64,000 bases of DNA from Vitrella brassicaformis CCMP3155. Lineage: Eukaryota > Protista > Chromerida. Position 1 is the first letter of the stretch. Each line of letters starts with the position of its first letter. The notes beneath the pieces were generated by a model. The model was not told the origin of the DNA, searched no databases, and saw only the letters and a list, made by a program, of their open reading frames with translations. Below are positions 47,292-60,511 of the stretch, piece by piece. The position numbers and the translations under genes were made by a program. The stretch lies in assembly GCA_001179505.1 (NCBI GenBank), contig CDMY01000430.1:13884-77883 (forward strand), read 5' to 3'.

Positions 47292-50200
47292 TTAGTTCGT
47301 CCCCTCCTCCACCCGCCCCTCGTGACCCTCCTCCCCCTGTCCGCCCGCCCCCTCATCTGCCTCTTCTTCTACAGCCAGCCCATTCTCATCATCCCCCGCG
47401 GCCGCCGCATCGTCCTCACCGTCTGCACCACCACTGCCCCTCTTGGTCTTGAACGACACCAGAGGGCTCGACGACAGCGACCACTCGCCGGGCGACGAGT
47501 TGGCCACCGGCGAGCGGAAGCCGTCCTCCTCAATGCCCTCAGGAACCTCGTCGTGTCGCTGCTCTTCCCCCTCCTCTTGGTCGTGCTGCACGATGGCGAG
47601 GCGGCTGCCGCCTGGTGGCACAAAGGGAGGAGACTCGGAGTAGGTGAGGGAGTCGACACCGGGGGACGCTGCACTCATGTGGCTGCGGCGGCCCTGGAAG
47701 AGGGGGGGTGGGGTGGGCGACGACACGCCCTCGCCTACGACAAACTGATCCGGCTGCTGGACGGCGGCCCCGTGCCCCTCCTCTCCCTTGCCCCCCTCCT
47801 GCTGCTGCTGCCACATGGCGGGTGCATATGGCTTGTGGGGCCTGGGCGGTGTGGGGCTCTCGATGAGGACGCTGCCCCTTTGGCCTTCCTCTGTCACACG
47901 GGCCGACTGGGCGAGGCTGCCCTCAGGCGTCTTGTATGGGTCAGAGGCCGGCAACGGCGAGTTGTCGTCCATGCGGATGGCATCCATGGACAGGGGCGGC
48001 ACGTCGTTGGGCACGAGAACGGCTCCCGAGCCGCCGTCACCCCCACTGGCGATACTGGCGATGGGATGGGGGATCGCCACATCGATATCCGAATCCACGG
48101 CTGTGCGAGACCCACCACCGCCCTCACTCCCCTGCTCGGACAGCGTGTCATCTCGGGGCGTCATGACCTCCATGTGCTCCCTCTTCTTGTCGAGGGCTTC
48201 CTTGCCCGCCGCCACACCACTGGCACTGGGCTGCTGGCCGTCCCGTCGGCCGGGGGCGGAGGAGGAGCGCTTGGCGGGGCGAAGTGCGAGGGGGCGTGCC
48301 GGGAGATTGCCCGCCGTCATGAGGGGTTTGCCGGCCGTGCGCTGCTGGAAGGCACGCTCCAAACGCCCCACCTCGGCAGCACGCGCAGTCAGCTCACGCT
48401 GAACAGAGAGAAAGAAAGAAAACGGTGCGGGAGTGGTGCACGTCGAGCCGCCCACCATGCCAGCGCACCTACCTCCATTTGTTTGAGCTTGGCGTGTTTC
48501 TGACCGAGTCGGCTCCTCTCGCGCTCGAACTCGGCCTCCTGCAGCTGCACACGCACATACACACAGAGGACACACGGACATCAGCAAGGGCGTGCGTGAC
48601 GTCTGCCTGACGTACCTTCCTCTGCTGCTTGAGGGCCTCTTCGTGCGCTTCGAACGACGCCCTGCGGACAAACACGGCCCTTGTGCCTGGTGGTGGTGGT
48701 TACATACTTACTGTTTGCATTCGAGTATGTCTTCTATCTCGAGGCAGCGGTTGACAGTGGCACGGTACTGCTCCAGCGACTCCTGGTGAAAGGAAGAGCA
48801 AGACGATCCGCACATAGGGAGGGTTTGTATGCTTGTGCATGTGCCGACGTGGCGCACCTGGTCGCGCATGAGCTGATCACTGGCCTGCTGCAGCTGCTGC
48901 TGACGAACGTCCAACTCCTCACTCTGATGAAAGGCCGGATGCATCGATAATCCTCAGGTGACAAATACGTGTGTGGTGGTTGTCTGTGTCTCTGGCGTAC
49001 GCACGGACCAGACCTGTCTGAGTAGTGCGGCCTCCTTGTCCTTCAGGTCGCTACCGTATGCCTGAAGCTTGTGCTGCACACGCCATATACACACAGACAG
49101 TCATGGAATGCAAAAGAACACAGCACAGCACACATTAGCCCGTGTGCGTGTGTGTGCCCGCACATATTCGTCTTGGATCGATTTCTTCTTCGCGTTGAGA
49201 TCCTCCTCCGCCCTGGCGACTCTACCCTCAGCAGCGGCGATGGCACCCTCTCTCGCACACAACTCAGACTCACGGCCCTGCAGTCCAGTCAGCAGAAAAC
49301 GACATAACACATTCCCTTCCCCCATCCATACGTGTGCGTGTGCGTACGTACGTCGAGCCGGGTGTTCTCCTCTTTGAGCTGCTCTAGCTGCACCCGCTGC
49401 TCGCCATCCACCCGTTTTCGGTCCACTTCCAGCGCCTCCAATTTACGACGGACACTAGCCTGACCAATCGACAGACAAGCCATCCACTATAGTATGCCCT
49501 CTGAGGGTGGGTATGCGTCGGTGCTGTGCCCACCTGCGTCTCTTTGAGTTGTTGCTGCTGCTTTTCGAGATCGGCGTCACGCTCATCCAGCCTGATTGAC
49601 ACATTCATTGGGTGGATGAGCCAACCAGATGAGAGGGACAATGAATGGGAGGCATTGGGGTGTGTGGGTGTGGGTGTGGATCTGTCCAACGGACAGGGAG
49701 GCGCGCTCTGAGAGCTGCTGGCGACGGGCATCCAAACTGAAGAGGGCAGCGTACAGGGCAATGGACGAATGGATGGACGAGCGGGTGATTGATGGTTGGA
49801 TGCTGCGGGTGTGGGGTACTGACCTGTCCCACTCCTTGGCCAGCCGAGCCATCTCCTGCTGCACACGATCCAACTCTGCGCTGACCTGCACACACACACA
49901 CACACACACAAGCAACATACATCTTCTCCCCCTCGCCCGCGCCCCACCCTTTTCCCACCCACCTGTTCCTCCCTTGTTTCGATGTCCCTTCTGTGTTTCT
50001 CCACGTGGGCCCGCTCCTCCTTGATGGCTGCCTCCAGCCGCTGGTTAGTCTCATGGATCACCGACACGCTATTCTTGTCAGCCTGCACCTGACGCGCCCG
50101 CCCGTCTAGCTCCGCCCGCTCGCGGACGATCCGTTGCTGCTCGTGCTGCAGCCGCTCGGCCTCTCTGGCGTTGGCCTCCTCCTTCTGCTCCAGGGCCTTA

Positions 50201-51190
50201 TCGCGGTCGCCCACACGTTGGAAGTACTTCTTGAGGCGCTGGGAATCCTCCTCCACACGAGCCTTGCTAGCCTGCATGAGCAAAGGAGAAGAGGCAAAGG
50301 CACATGGTACACGGAGGGAGGGAGGGGGGAGGGAGGGGAGAGGGGATTTACTTCTAGGTCCTTGGCGTATTGGCTGAGGCGTTCTTTCTCCCGGTTGAGG
50401 TGCTCCTCCCTCTCGCGCGTGTGCTGCGCCATGCGCTCGGCGGCCTCTCGCTCCTTCTGGGCCTGTGTGGCCAGCTGGACGCCCCTCTCCTTCTCCGCCT
50501 GTGCCGCCCTCTCCTTGGCTGCGATGGCCTGCTCACGCTGCAGCAGGTGATCTAGGGTCTCCTGCGCCTTCAACTCCTTCACACCTGACACACACAGAAC
50601 AGAGAGGGGGAGAAATGTTCTCCTGCAAACAAAGGGTGCACATTCTCTCCGAATGTGTGGAGGCGCACCGCACCCGCATCTTTCTCCCGTTCGTCGAGCT
50701 CGTTCTCTCTGCGCTGTATGTCTGTCAGGCGGTGGTGCAGGACCTGCTCGGAGGAGTCGACCTCAGCCTCCCTCTCGGCGACGACCTTCTCTTTGGCCCG
50801 CAGCTCCTGAAGCAGCGACTTGATGTGCACCCGCTCCCGCTCGCACAGCGCACTCGCCCCACAGATGCAGATCTTCTTGCCCTCCTCCTTGGCCTTGTAA
50901 AACCCTCCCAGACGCAGCGCATACCCCGGATCTTTCGGCCCTGCCAAGGGGTCCTCACGGAGAGAGGACGAGGCGGCCTGGCCTTGGCCTGCTCGGGCAT
51001 GCTGCTGAGGGTATTGGTGTTGCTCGTTGGGGATGGGTCTGCGTCTGTTGAGGCGGGCCACGCCGACAATCTCAGCGGAGGGGCTGCGGCGCCTTGACGT
51101 GTGGGTGCTGGTGGGCGTGCCGGCGTCGGAAACGACCGAGAGGGTCTCCAGGGCGTTGGGCGTCTTGGGCGCCTTCGGAGTCTTGCTCAT
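47292..51190 (-). CDS. Large multi-exon coiled-coil protein with a disordered Ser/Pro-rich C-terminus
   Basis: Successive GT-AG exons encode E/R/K/Q-rich heptad sequence (e.g. EREAEVDSSEQVLHHRLTDIQRRENELDERE, KARVEEDSQRLKKYFQRVGDRDKALEQKEE); no specific family recognised. Confidence 0.75.
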
Positions 51191-51502
51191 GGTGGTGCAC
51201 AAACTGTGGGTGGGGCTCTCGCGGCCGGCCTCGGTAGCTACCAGGTGGGACTCATTGCAACGGGCAGATGGATGGATGGGGAAGCATTGAACCAATAGCG
51301 GATACCTCAGGCATCACCAACAACCTCAAACTCCACACTCGCCAACGACCGGGGAGATGCGAGCTAAAGAAAGGAAGAGGAGAAGTTGCAACCGAAGTTG
51401 GTCTTGCCTTCCGCCACAGCCGAAAGGGGAGATCTTCCCCTTCCCTTGTTTGCCACGTACGCCAGCATCCCATCCGAGTGCATATATCCGTCGACCGACA
51501 AG

Positions 51503-54082
51503 ATGAAGCGGCTTCGCGCAGAGGTGAAGAGGCGGCGTCAGGACTCGGTCAAGATCCCGCGGCCGTCGTACACGCTGGACTGCTTCCCCAGCAACCAGTG
51601 CTGGATCCCCCGCACCCTCAACATCAACGCATGTCCCACATTCAACTCCATCCCATGCCTACTGCACACGTGCGGCGGCTACGGGTGCCTCATCTTCCAC
51701 CTCCATGGGCTGGACGAGGACCTCGGACACGTGGCGGCGGCGTGCGAGGCCATCACGGAGCGGCTGCAAGTGTCGGTCATCGCCATGGACTACCCTGGGT
51801 GAGCTGAGCACGCACCAGAGAGAAGCGGAAGGAGATGGAGATATGGTGTGTATCATCTGGCTGTGCGTCTGTGTGCCATGGATGTGTGTGTGTGTGCCAT
51901 GGTGTGTGTGTGTGTAGGTATGGTGTGAGTCAAGACCCGCCCAGTCTGCGTGAGGTCATGAACGACATCCGCACGATGCTGAGCTTCGCCATACAAGTCA
52001 TGCGGTTCGAACCCCAAAACATATACATCAGCGCCATGCGGCACGCTGTCGGACCGGCTGTAGAGGCAAGATAGCAACAAAGCCACCGCACACCCCTGAC
52101 TGACCATGCTCCCTTCCTCCCTCCCTCCCTTCGTGTGTCTGTCTGTGCGTCGGCAGTTGGCATCGTGGGCCGACATGATGTTCCACGAGTTCGATGCGTC
52201 GTTCGGCGGGCTGATCCTCTTCTCCCCTCGGTGCTTCCGCAGCCCCGCACCCAACACACCCACAGCCACACCACCCAGGCCATCACCCACAAGGCGCTGC
52301 TCCAGGGCACCCCACAGCCCACACACACAGCAGCAGCATCTAGCGGACGGAGAGGACCACGATGACAACATGGAAAGCATTCCCTCTGCGTTCACTATCA
52401 GCCAGGTACGAGCACACGTAGGCAGACAGACAGACCGACGTACAGGAGCTCATACACACGTGTGTGTGTGTGTGGTGGGTGCAGTGTGTGCAGCAGATCA
52501 AGGCTGTCAAGTCCCCCGTGCTCATCTTCCACAACGCCGCTGACGAGTACGATGGGTCAGAGGCCCAGAAGCTGTACATCGCCGCCACGCAGTCACCGAA
52601 GAAGGTCCGCACACCGCACCACACACATACAAACCACCCTCTGTGTGTGTGTGTGTGTAGGACATCCGTCTGATGGATTACAGCAAGGACGACCCGGTGC
52701 GTGTGGTAGACAACTTCTACAAGTTCCCCAACATACCCCACGGCAGCATCACACGCATACCACCAGAGATATTCCTCAAGCCGCCAGAATTAGAGTTCTT
52801 CGAACAAGAGCAAACACTCATCGACAGGTACGTCAGTCACGTGCTTTGCTTGATGCGATGCGTGGAATCCTTCACTGTCTGTGGCTTGCTTGGTGTGTTC
52901 AGGTTGATGCTGCTGTCGCGTCGATTCCTGCCGGCGTGTTTCACCAAGGTCAAGGACACCCTCCTGCCCGCACCATTGGCAGACCCCTACTCCACCTCAG
53001 CTGTCATCCCAGGCAGCAGCCTACACACACGACAGATGCAGCAGCAGCAGCAGCAGCGAAAGGCTTCCCGGCGGCCCGGGGCAGCCCGCAAAGCCCCCCA
53101 CACATCCCTCTCGCGAGCGAGGCACTCGCCCGCATCCCCTGCAGCCCATGCACACCCCACCCACCAGACGGCCCACCAGCCGGTCTTCCCCCCTCCAGCG
53201 TCGAGCTGGCGGCTCAGCGGCCTGGGCCTCGCAGGCCTGTTCGGCACACGGGCCGGTGCATCGTCATCGTCAGACGTGGGGCACACCGAGGGTCGTTCCA
53301 ACCTGGAGAGGAGTCTGGCGCACCACCACCGAACGCACCACGACAACGACAGCGAGTCAACGAGTGAGACGGACAGTCAGCCGAGCGGCAGCGACGAGTC
53401 GCCAAGAGAGAGGGCCGCGGGGGGTGGGGGCGGCCTGCCGTGGTATCGGCAGAAGCGGACGGTGAAGGGGGCGGACGAGACGGCATCGCAGGCGGCATCG
53501 TACTTCGGCGGACCGGTGGGCAGCTGGTTGGGGGATGTCCCGAATGACATTCCAGACACTACTTTCGTCATGCGGCGTGACAACTACAACTACGACTACA
53601 ACCACCATCCCCACAGCATCAGCACCAGCACAACCGCGGCGACATCTGGGTGGCTTCAGGCACCCATTATCGACCCACCTGTGACCCTCCCTCCCCCCAA
53701 ACACACCACCCCCGACAACAGCACCAATGGCTCCTTCATCAAGCACACGGCCTCCACATCCACCGCCACTTCCAGCACCACGTCGCCAGCAGCGGCGCCA
53801 ATGCACGAGGCCACCACCAACCGGCTCCCATCGATTGGCGAGGGGGTGGGCCTGGACGGATCGTCAGGGCTGGTCCAGCAGCCGTGTGACAAGTGCCTCG
53901 ACGGTGACGGCGATGCGTGTCGGCGTCACGAGAACGGGGTGGTGTGGGCAGCTGGCGAGTGTGAAGGGGGGTTCTTTGCCGAGGGCAATCATGCTGGCGA
54001 TCTGATGTGGGGGGAGGCCGACGGGGTGGGCGTGGGCTATGGGGGCGGGGACAGCCCGTGGGGGTCTGCCGCCCGACTGTAA
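51503..54082 (+). CDS. ABHD17-like alpha/beta-hydrolase-fold protein with a degenerate catalytic motif and a long low-complexity C-terminus
   Basis: PRPSY, IFHLHGLDEDLG, SVIAMDYPGYGVSQDPPS, EPQNIYISAMRHAVGPAVELAS, GGLILFSP, IKAVKSPVLIFHNAADE follow the ABHD17 order HGNAEDLG / DYSGYG.S.G.PS / YGQSIG / HGTEDE. Confidence 0.78.
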
Positions 54083-54717
54083 CTGTAATGTGAGTGACCG
54101 AGTCGTGTGCCACCGAGACATCACCACCATCGTCTATTGCTGATGGATTTGGGGGCGGGGAGGGGAGGGGTGGCGGGAGGGGTGGCTCCAAAGGAGCGTG
54201 GGTTGCGTGCAGCCCTTGCTGCCACAAGAGCAGCCAGGCCATCACAGTGTCATAGTTAGGTCTTAGTGTTTCCGAGATTTGATTTTTTCTCCCGCTGCTG
54301 CCTAACCTGACTTGGTCGCTCTTCCATTTTCGATGCGTTGATGTGTGTGTCGACTGCCTAAATAACACACACCACTTGTCCGGTCCGCTGTGTGTCTGAC
54401 TCGGTGTCTGACTGTGTGTCTGACTCTTTTGCCCGCCCCACCGGCTAGTCTAGTCGTTTTACCCCCTCGCCTCGCCCCCTCTTTGTGAATAGGAGACCGC
54501 TCCTCCCTATGTATCTGCTGCTGCCGCTGTTGCGCTCCTCTGAGTTTTTCTTCTGTGCAGCTGGTGGACGCTCGGACAAGCAAGTACGTTTGGTTCACTG
54601 ATCACCCGGAAACATCCCCACGCATCGCATAGCACACACGGAGGCACGAGTGAGTCGATCACCCACCACCCGGCCCGCCAACAAGACTGTACAGTACACA
54701 CCACCGACGAACGCTCT

Positions 54718-55776
54718 TTAGTATCCCGTCGACCAAGCACCTCCACGCAGTCTCTTGCACTTGTGACACTCGTGCTTCGTCTGGTAGTTCTTGGTGCCTG
54801 AACGCATCGCATGGATCACATCCATAAATAAAACAGACGTGAAAACCATGGAGCTGCCTGCGGTTGCTCTCGTTGTATTGTTGTGTGGAGCCTCGCTCAC
54901 CACACACGCAGGTCCACCACTTCTTGGGATCGTCCCTGACGATGACGCCCCTCTTGGGCTGGGCACCACCGGGCGGTGCCTGCTGGGCCGCCTTGCCCAT
55001 GCGCGCCTCTATCACGTCTCTGGCACCCTCAGCAACCATTGTGTGGTCTTGCTGGAGGCCGAGCTTCTCGGCTGACTGGAGACCGGCAAAGCTATAGCTC
55101 CCGAAGGCGAGACCTGTCAACAAGAAAGACGCAGACAGCACAGATCCAGGAATGGTGTCACCAGCCGTGACGTGCTCCGTTTGTTAGTGAAGAGTTCTCG
55201 CTGACCGAATGCCTTCTGGTAGTTGGCGATTGTGGCCGATGAGGGGATGATGTCAGCCTGACGCTGCGGTGCCTTGGCAGGGGGAGCTGCGGCTTCCTCC
55301 GACGACGGGCTGCTGGGGCTGTCGTCCCGGCTCCTCTTGCTCCTGGCCTTCTCGCTCCTCCGCTTCTTCTCCTTCTCTCTCTTCCGCCGCTTCCTGTCGT
55401 CCTTGGACGCCTTCGAGAGGATCTTGCTCAGCCGCGACTCTGGCAGCTCTCGGTAGTGCCTCAGCAGCAGGGTGATCCTCTCCTGCGTGCTCTCCGGCGC
55501 ATCTCGCGGCCGTATCCTCCTCGGCAGGTCATCAATAGCCTTGTTGAGGCTCTTCTTACTCATCGCCAGCAGGCCGCGCTCCACATCTTCTTCGCGGACC
55601 TCGTTTCTTGGCGATGCGTCGTCGTCGGCACGCCGCCTCGGTGGTGACGGCGGTGATCTTGACCTCGAACGTGAGCGCTGGCGGTCCCAGTTTCTTCCGC
55701 GCTGCGATAGACGAGGGGAGGGTGGTGTGCGGGATCTTCGGGGCTCTCGCTCTGGTTCCTCTGGCCTCGATGACAT
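54718..55776 (-). CDS. RS/RD-rich nuclear-type protein with a C-terminal RanBP2-like zinc finger
   Basis: RSRSRSRSPPSP and a Lys/Arg-rich block; the spliced C-terminus reads WWTCVCGTKNYQTKHECHKCKR, split by an intron (TGT G|gtgagc...ttcag|GC ACC). Confidence 0.7.
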
Positions 55777-56132
55777 TGTCTATGTCCAATCGTTTGGCGT
55801 GAATTTGGTCCTCCTTGCGTCCAGCTCGCGAAAAGGTGCAGGGTGCTCCCTGAAACCGCTCTCGATGACGGGCAGCTGATGCATTTATCGCGCATGAGCG
55901 CATGAATCGACGGATTTGGTCATGCAGTGTTCACTTCATCGACATTCGTCTGTCGTGTCCGATGTCTGTGTGTTTGTCTGTTTGTGGTTCAGTCAGTCAT
56001 TCAGTCAGTGTTTGTTGGTCATTCATGGTCCGTCTCTTCAGATTCTCCGCTTCACTTGGCGCCCTGCATGAGTGGCCGCTCCTCGTCAGCGCTCGGCTCT
56101 GCGCACACCCATACACTCATCATGTGTGTGTG

Positions 56133-57001
56133 TTACTCCGTGTCTCCTCGCCTGCCTCCCTCACTTGTGAATGTGTTGCTGATCGTCCGACCGGCGGCCG
56201 CCAGTTGTGTGCCGAGCCATCTCACGCCCAGCATGACCTGCGCTCGCATCTCCTTGGCCAGTTGTGCGTCGTTCGCCTTGGGCCACTGCGGCACCAGCAG
56301 AGACAACGTCACACAGCACACACCGAACGCCAGCAACACAACCAGACTCCCCCACAACACAACTACACGAGACACACACACACAGAGTGACGGACATACA
56401 TATGGATGGATGTGTCGTGTGGGTGTGTTGGCACACCTACCTTTGTTGATGAGTGGGATTGTGTTTGCTGGGTGCACAAAGGCGACGACGTTCACACAGG
56501 CGAGGGACGACACGAGGACAAACGCCACACAGGTCAGCGCCGCACAGGCCATCACCTTGTCTGTCCGCGTTGCCTCCATGCCCTCATCCGCATCTGAGTG
56601 ATTGATCATGATGAGTAACCACACACACTCTCTATGGCTGTCTGTCTGTCTGCAACTGTCTGTCTGAGCGACCTACGTTTGTTTGTTGTCTTGATGATCC
56701 TGCCGGCCAGGAATGATAGTGCGTTGGGTCGGATGAAGAGGCAGGCCGCCATCACGCCGGCCGACGCCACACAGACGAGCAGATCGACCACAACAAACGC
56801 CAACACCTGCAGGCACAGATAGATGGACAAATGAACGAACCGGTCAAGCAGCTGAGGCTGGCTGCCTGCAAACGCATGCACCGGTCCATTGAGATCGAGT
56901 AGGATGGTGGCCACGTCGAGGACACATTTGAGACACGCAGTGACGGCCAGGGCGTAGGCAGCTGTGGTGAGGTGGCCGGCCAGCCTCTGCTGTGTCTCCA
57001 T
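56133..57001 (-). CDS. Small multi-exon membrane protein(s) of unknown function
   Basis: Several hydrophobic coding segments separated by microsatellite introns; the exon joins were not resolved. Confidence 0.4.
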
Positions 57002-57103
57002 CCTGCTAATTGACCTCTGGATGTCTGTCTGCCAGTCGACGTCTCTTTCTGTGAGTGAACTCAAAGCGTTTGTACTTATGTATCCATTCCGATTGATTAC
57101 ACA

Positions 57104-58264
57104 CGACTGCGTACAAACAAACAAAGCCAGGCAACCAAAGTGTGAGTGAGCAAAGGCCGCAGCGGACCGGTTGAGTGATTCATTGACTGTCTGTGTGTGA
57201 GAGATGGCTGAGGTTGCCCGCACGTCGACGGCGTACGGCGAGGTGCTCAAGACCGACCCGGTGGTGATCCTCCAAAACGCCGCATTCATCAGCTACCTGC
57301 TCGCTGATGCCGTCGCACTCATCGTAAGCTAGACAGCCAGACAGACAGGGAGTGATTGGCAAATCGACACAGAGAGAGAGCAAGGGAGAGATGAGACACA
57401 GCCACAGCCAGATGAGATGTGTGTGGGTCAAATATTTAGTTGCTGGCGATTGACGGGCTGTCTCCGTGCGGCTCGCCGCTGGCTCTGTGGGTGATGGTGG
57501 AGCTGTTTCTGAGCGCCCCGGCCACAATGGCCGTCGACGTCGTCAATGACATGCCCGCAATCGCCACAAAGCAGTAACTATAACTAAGGGAGACACACTG
57601 AATGACATACAATACACACACTTGATGAGAGCATGATGGTCGTCTCTCTCTCTCTCTCGCTGTCTCTGTGTGTGTGTGTGTGTTAGTTTCAGTGCGTTTC
57701 AGCTGGAGTTGGGGTGGCTGGTGGTGTCGGTCTTGTGGGTGTTTGTGGGGACCGGTTGGGTGACGTCGAGCCTCACTTGCCAAACCACCGCACCCGCACT
57801 CTGGTGGCTCGTCTTCACAGTCTCAATGTTCTACTGGGTACGTACGTTGATCCGTGTGTGTGTCTGGGAGGAGAGGTCCATCCATCCATCCATCCAATCA
57901 TATAATTGTGTCTGTCTCGTGTGTGCAGGTGTTCCTGAGTGTGTTCGTCATCGCCATTCTCGTCTTCACCGTCGTCAACATGCTCGCCGGTACATACACA
58001 GACGAGAGGACGAAATGAGGGAGGTGCGTGTGCATATCATGTGTGTGTGTGTGTGTGTGTGTGTTGATGTGTGTGCAGGCCAGAAGTGATCGCTCGGACA
58101 CACAGACACACAGACACACAAACAGGCAATGCGCAGACCGCCGGCCGACCAAATGAATGGACCGACCCAGCGGACAGATACACAGACTGACAAACACACC
58201 GCTGATTGAATGACTGAGTACATGGACTGGCCCTTCATTACACATACGAGTCCCTCACCTCGCA
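57104..58264 (+). repeat. Inverted segmental duplication, right arm
   Basis: Reverse-complement match to about 45878-47045. Confidence 0.9.
57204..58089 (+). CDS. Small four-TM protein (copy B), inverted paralogue of 46079-46957
   Basis: Exon 1 57204-57323 reads MAEVARTSTAYGEVLKTDP...; same intron positions as copy A; ends GQK* at 58089. Confidence 0.65.
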
Positions 58265-58731
58265 TCGTCAGTCACATCATGAAGACCTAAGTAAGTCATG
58301 CCCACACCGCACTGCAGAGCATGTACACATCATGCCACTCAGCCATGCACCTGTCGATAGCTACAGTGCAGTGATTACTCCACTCGATCGGGGAGAGTAC
58401 AAGTACAGATAGGCAGGCATGTGCATGAGTAATTAAATAGAGACAGACTTAGTATGGACAGACAAATACACACTGATTGGATAGTAACAAGACCCAGCGC
58501 TGCACGCCATGAGCGCATCGACATAATCATGCCACAAAAACGCCACATTGCCCACGCACAATTAAAAGAGTTCCAACTCTGTGTGTGGCAGACTGCCGCC
58601 GCCAGTCGCAGTGACCGACAGCCGCACTGACAACACGACGGGGCCCTCGCAAAATTGAACAAAAAAGAAAGCTGCAGCCCCCCATCCCCGCGCCCGTCCG
58701 TCCTGCTCATACGTCCCCCTTGGTCCATCCA

Positions 58732-60511
58732 TCAGTATCTCGCCCAGTGGGTGTTGTGATGCGGCAGTATCAGCTTCGAGCTCCGCGGGATGCGAGGGGG
58801 CTCTGAGGGGCAGGGCTCGAGGTCGCGCGGGGGCTCCATCAGAGAGGGCGGGTAGAGCACCAGCTCCTCACTGCTGTCCTTGACATCCGCCGGCTGGTCG
58901 GGCTGGTCGTCATCATGAGGCGATGGGGTGAAGACGAACGCGGGACGGGCTGGCGATGTCGCCCCTAGAGAAGAGAAAGAGGGACCAACACATGACAGAG
59001 AGAGGACAAAGAGGACGGTTCCTCATTGGTCGTCTCACCTCACCTGCTTGATCCAAGTTGCTCTTGAAGTAGGCGTGGTGAGAGTGCTTGAGGGTTCCCA
59101 GGTCGTGAGTCGATGCGGCCCTCCTCATTCCCACCGGTCTCGAAGCATCGGGAATCTGCAGAGGACACGAATGGTGGTGCCCTATCCCTGACGCCAAGCG
59201 GGCCAGGGCAGCGGCGTCACGGCAATAATGCTGGTTGGACGACGGAGATGGCCTCTGCTGTGTGGATGGCCGCAGAGCCACGTACGACGGAAGAAACAGG
59301 ATGTCTTGCCGGCCTCCCCCTGCTCCGCCAGTGTACCGCACCAGGCCGTCTTTGAAGTCGTACACGATCGGGGCGGAGGCTGGCTTGCCGCTGCCGTAAT
59401 GCCTGTTCTTCTTGGCGCCTGTCGAGGGGCATGTCGACGTCTGATCGGTAGAAGCAGGAGTGGGAATCGCACACGGCCGGGCAGGCCTGGCCGGCTTGCG
59501 CTGCACAACAGAAGGCCTGGTGGTGGTCCGTGACATGGTCGGCTCCCGCCCTCGCAGGATGAGTGCCGAAACGACCATGCCGGCACACGTCAGGACCATT
59601 GCGGCGACCAGCGGCCACACCCACACCGGAAACAGCATTCTGTCTGAGCAATCACAGTCCTCATGGGAGTGCTTGCTGCCAGTGTCGCCATCGGTGTGTC
59701 TTGTGGCCCAATTGAGGATCTCCTGCTTGTCCCGCGGCCAGAAGAAGGATGTGGGGAAGAAGCGGTCGAATGTGAAGGGCGCATGCTTGGGGTGCTGGTC
59801 GGTCTGCCTGACCACCTCCTCCCACGCCCGTAACAGCTTGTCATCGTCGGCAGAGGAGCCCTCGTCAAACACACTGACCGCAATGCACAATCGCCACCGT
59901 CCGCTATTCCATTCGCCCGCCCTCTCGTTGGCTTACTCGAAGAGCACGATGAGCGAGCCCCTGAAGATGCCCTGGATGACTACCGCCCACCGCGGCACCT
60001 CCAGCGCCTTACTCGCAACCTCTTTGAAGCTCTTGAAGAAAGACTGGCGCTTGTCCGGATCCTGACTCAACACACGCACACACACACACACACATACCAA
60101 ACAGCAATCAACAAACACCCTGCCCGCCTGCAGACGTACGTTTGCGATGTCGTCATAGTGCACATTAAGTATCCTCGCTGCCAGCAGCCTGTGCGATCCG
60201 TCAGCCGCCCCGCTACCCTCCCTTTCCCTATCGCTGCCTACCCCCAGCTCCAGGTCCTCAAACGGCAGATACTCTATCAGCCGGTCGCCACCATCAGCAC
60301 TCGGACCGCTGCCGTCGCCATCATCTGGCTGCTGTTGCTGCTGCTGGTGCGATGGGGAAGTGGAGGGGGAGGCAGTCGAATGGGAATCGTTCAGGGCCGC
60401 CCCTCTGATGAGCGGCTCCTCGGGGCTCTCGCGTCCCGCAGCCATTGCGGGCAAGAGAGCGGCCAGCAGAGCCGCGACCATCACTCTTCCCATCCTGCAT
60501 CCGTTGAACAT
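58732..60511 (-). CDS. Type I membrane protein: signal peptide, SEA-like ectodomain module, one TM helix, disordered cytoplasmic tail
   Basis: MGRVMVAALLAALLPAMAA; LNVHYDDIAN|DPDKRQSFFKSFKEVASKALEV..VVIQGIFRGSLIVLFDV; TM WVWPLVAAMVLTCAGMVVSALIL; the last exon ends with a stop at 58732-58734. Confidence 0.7.
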
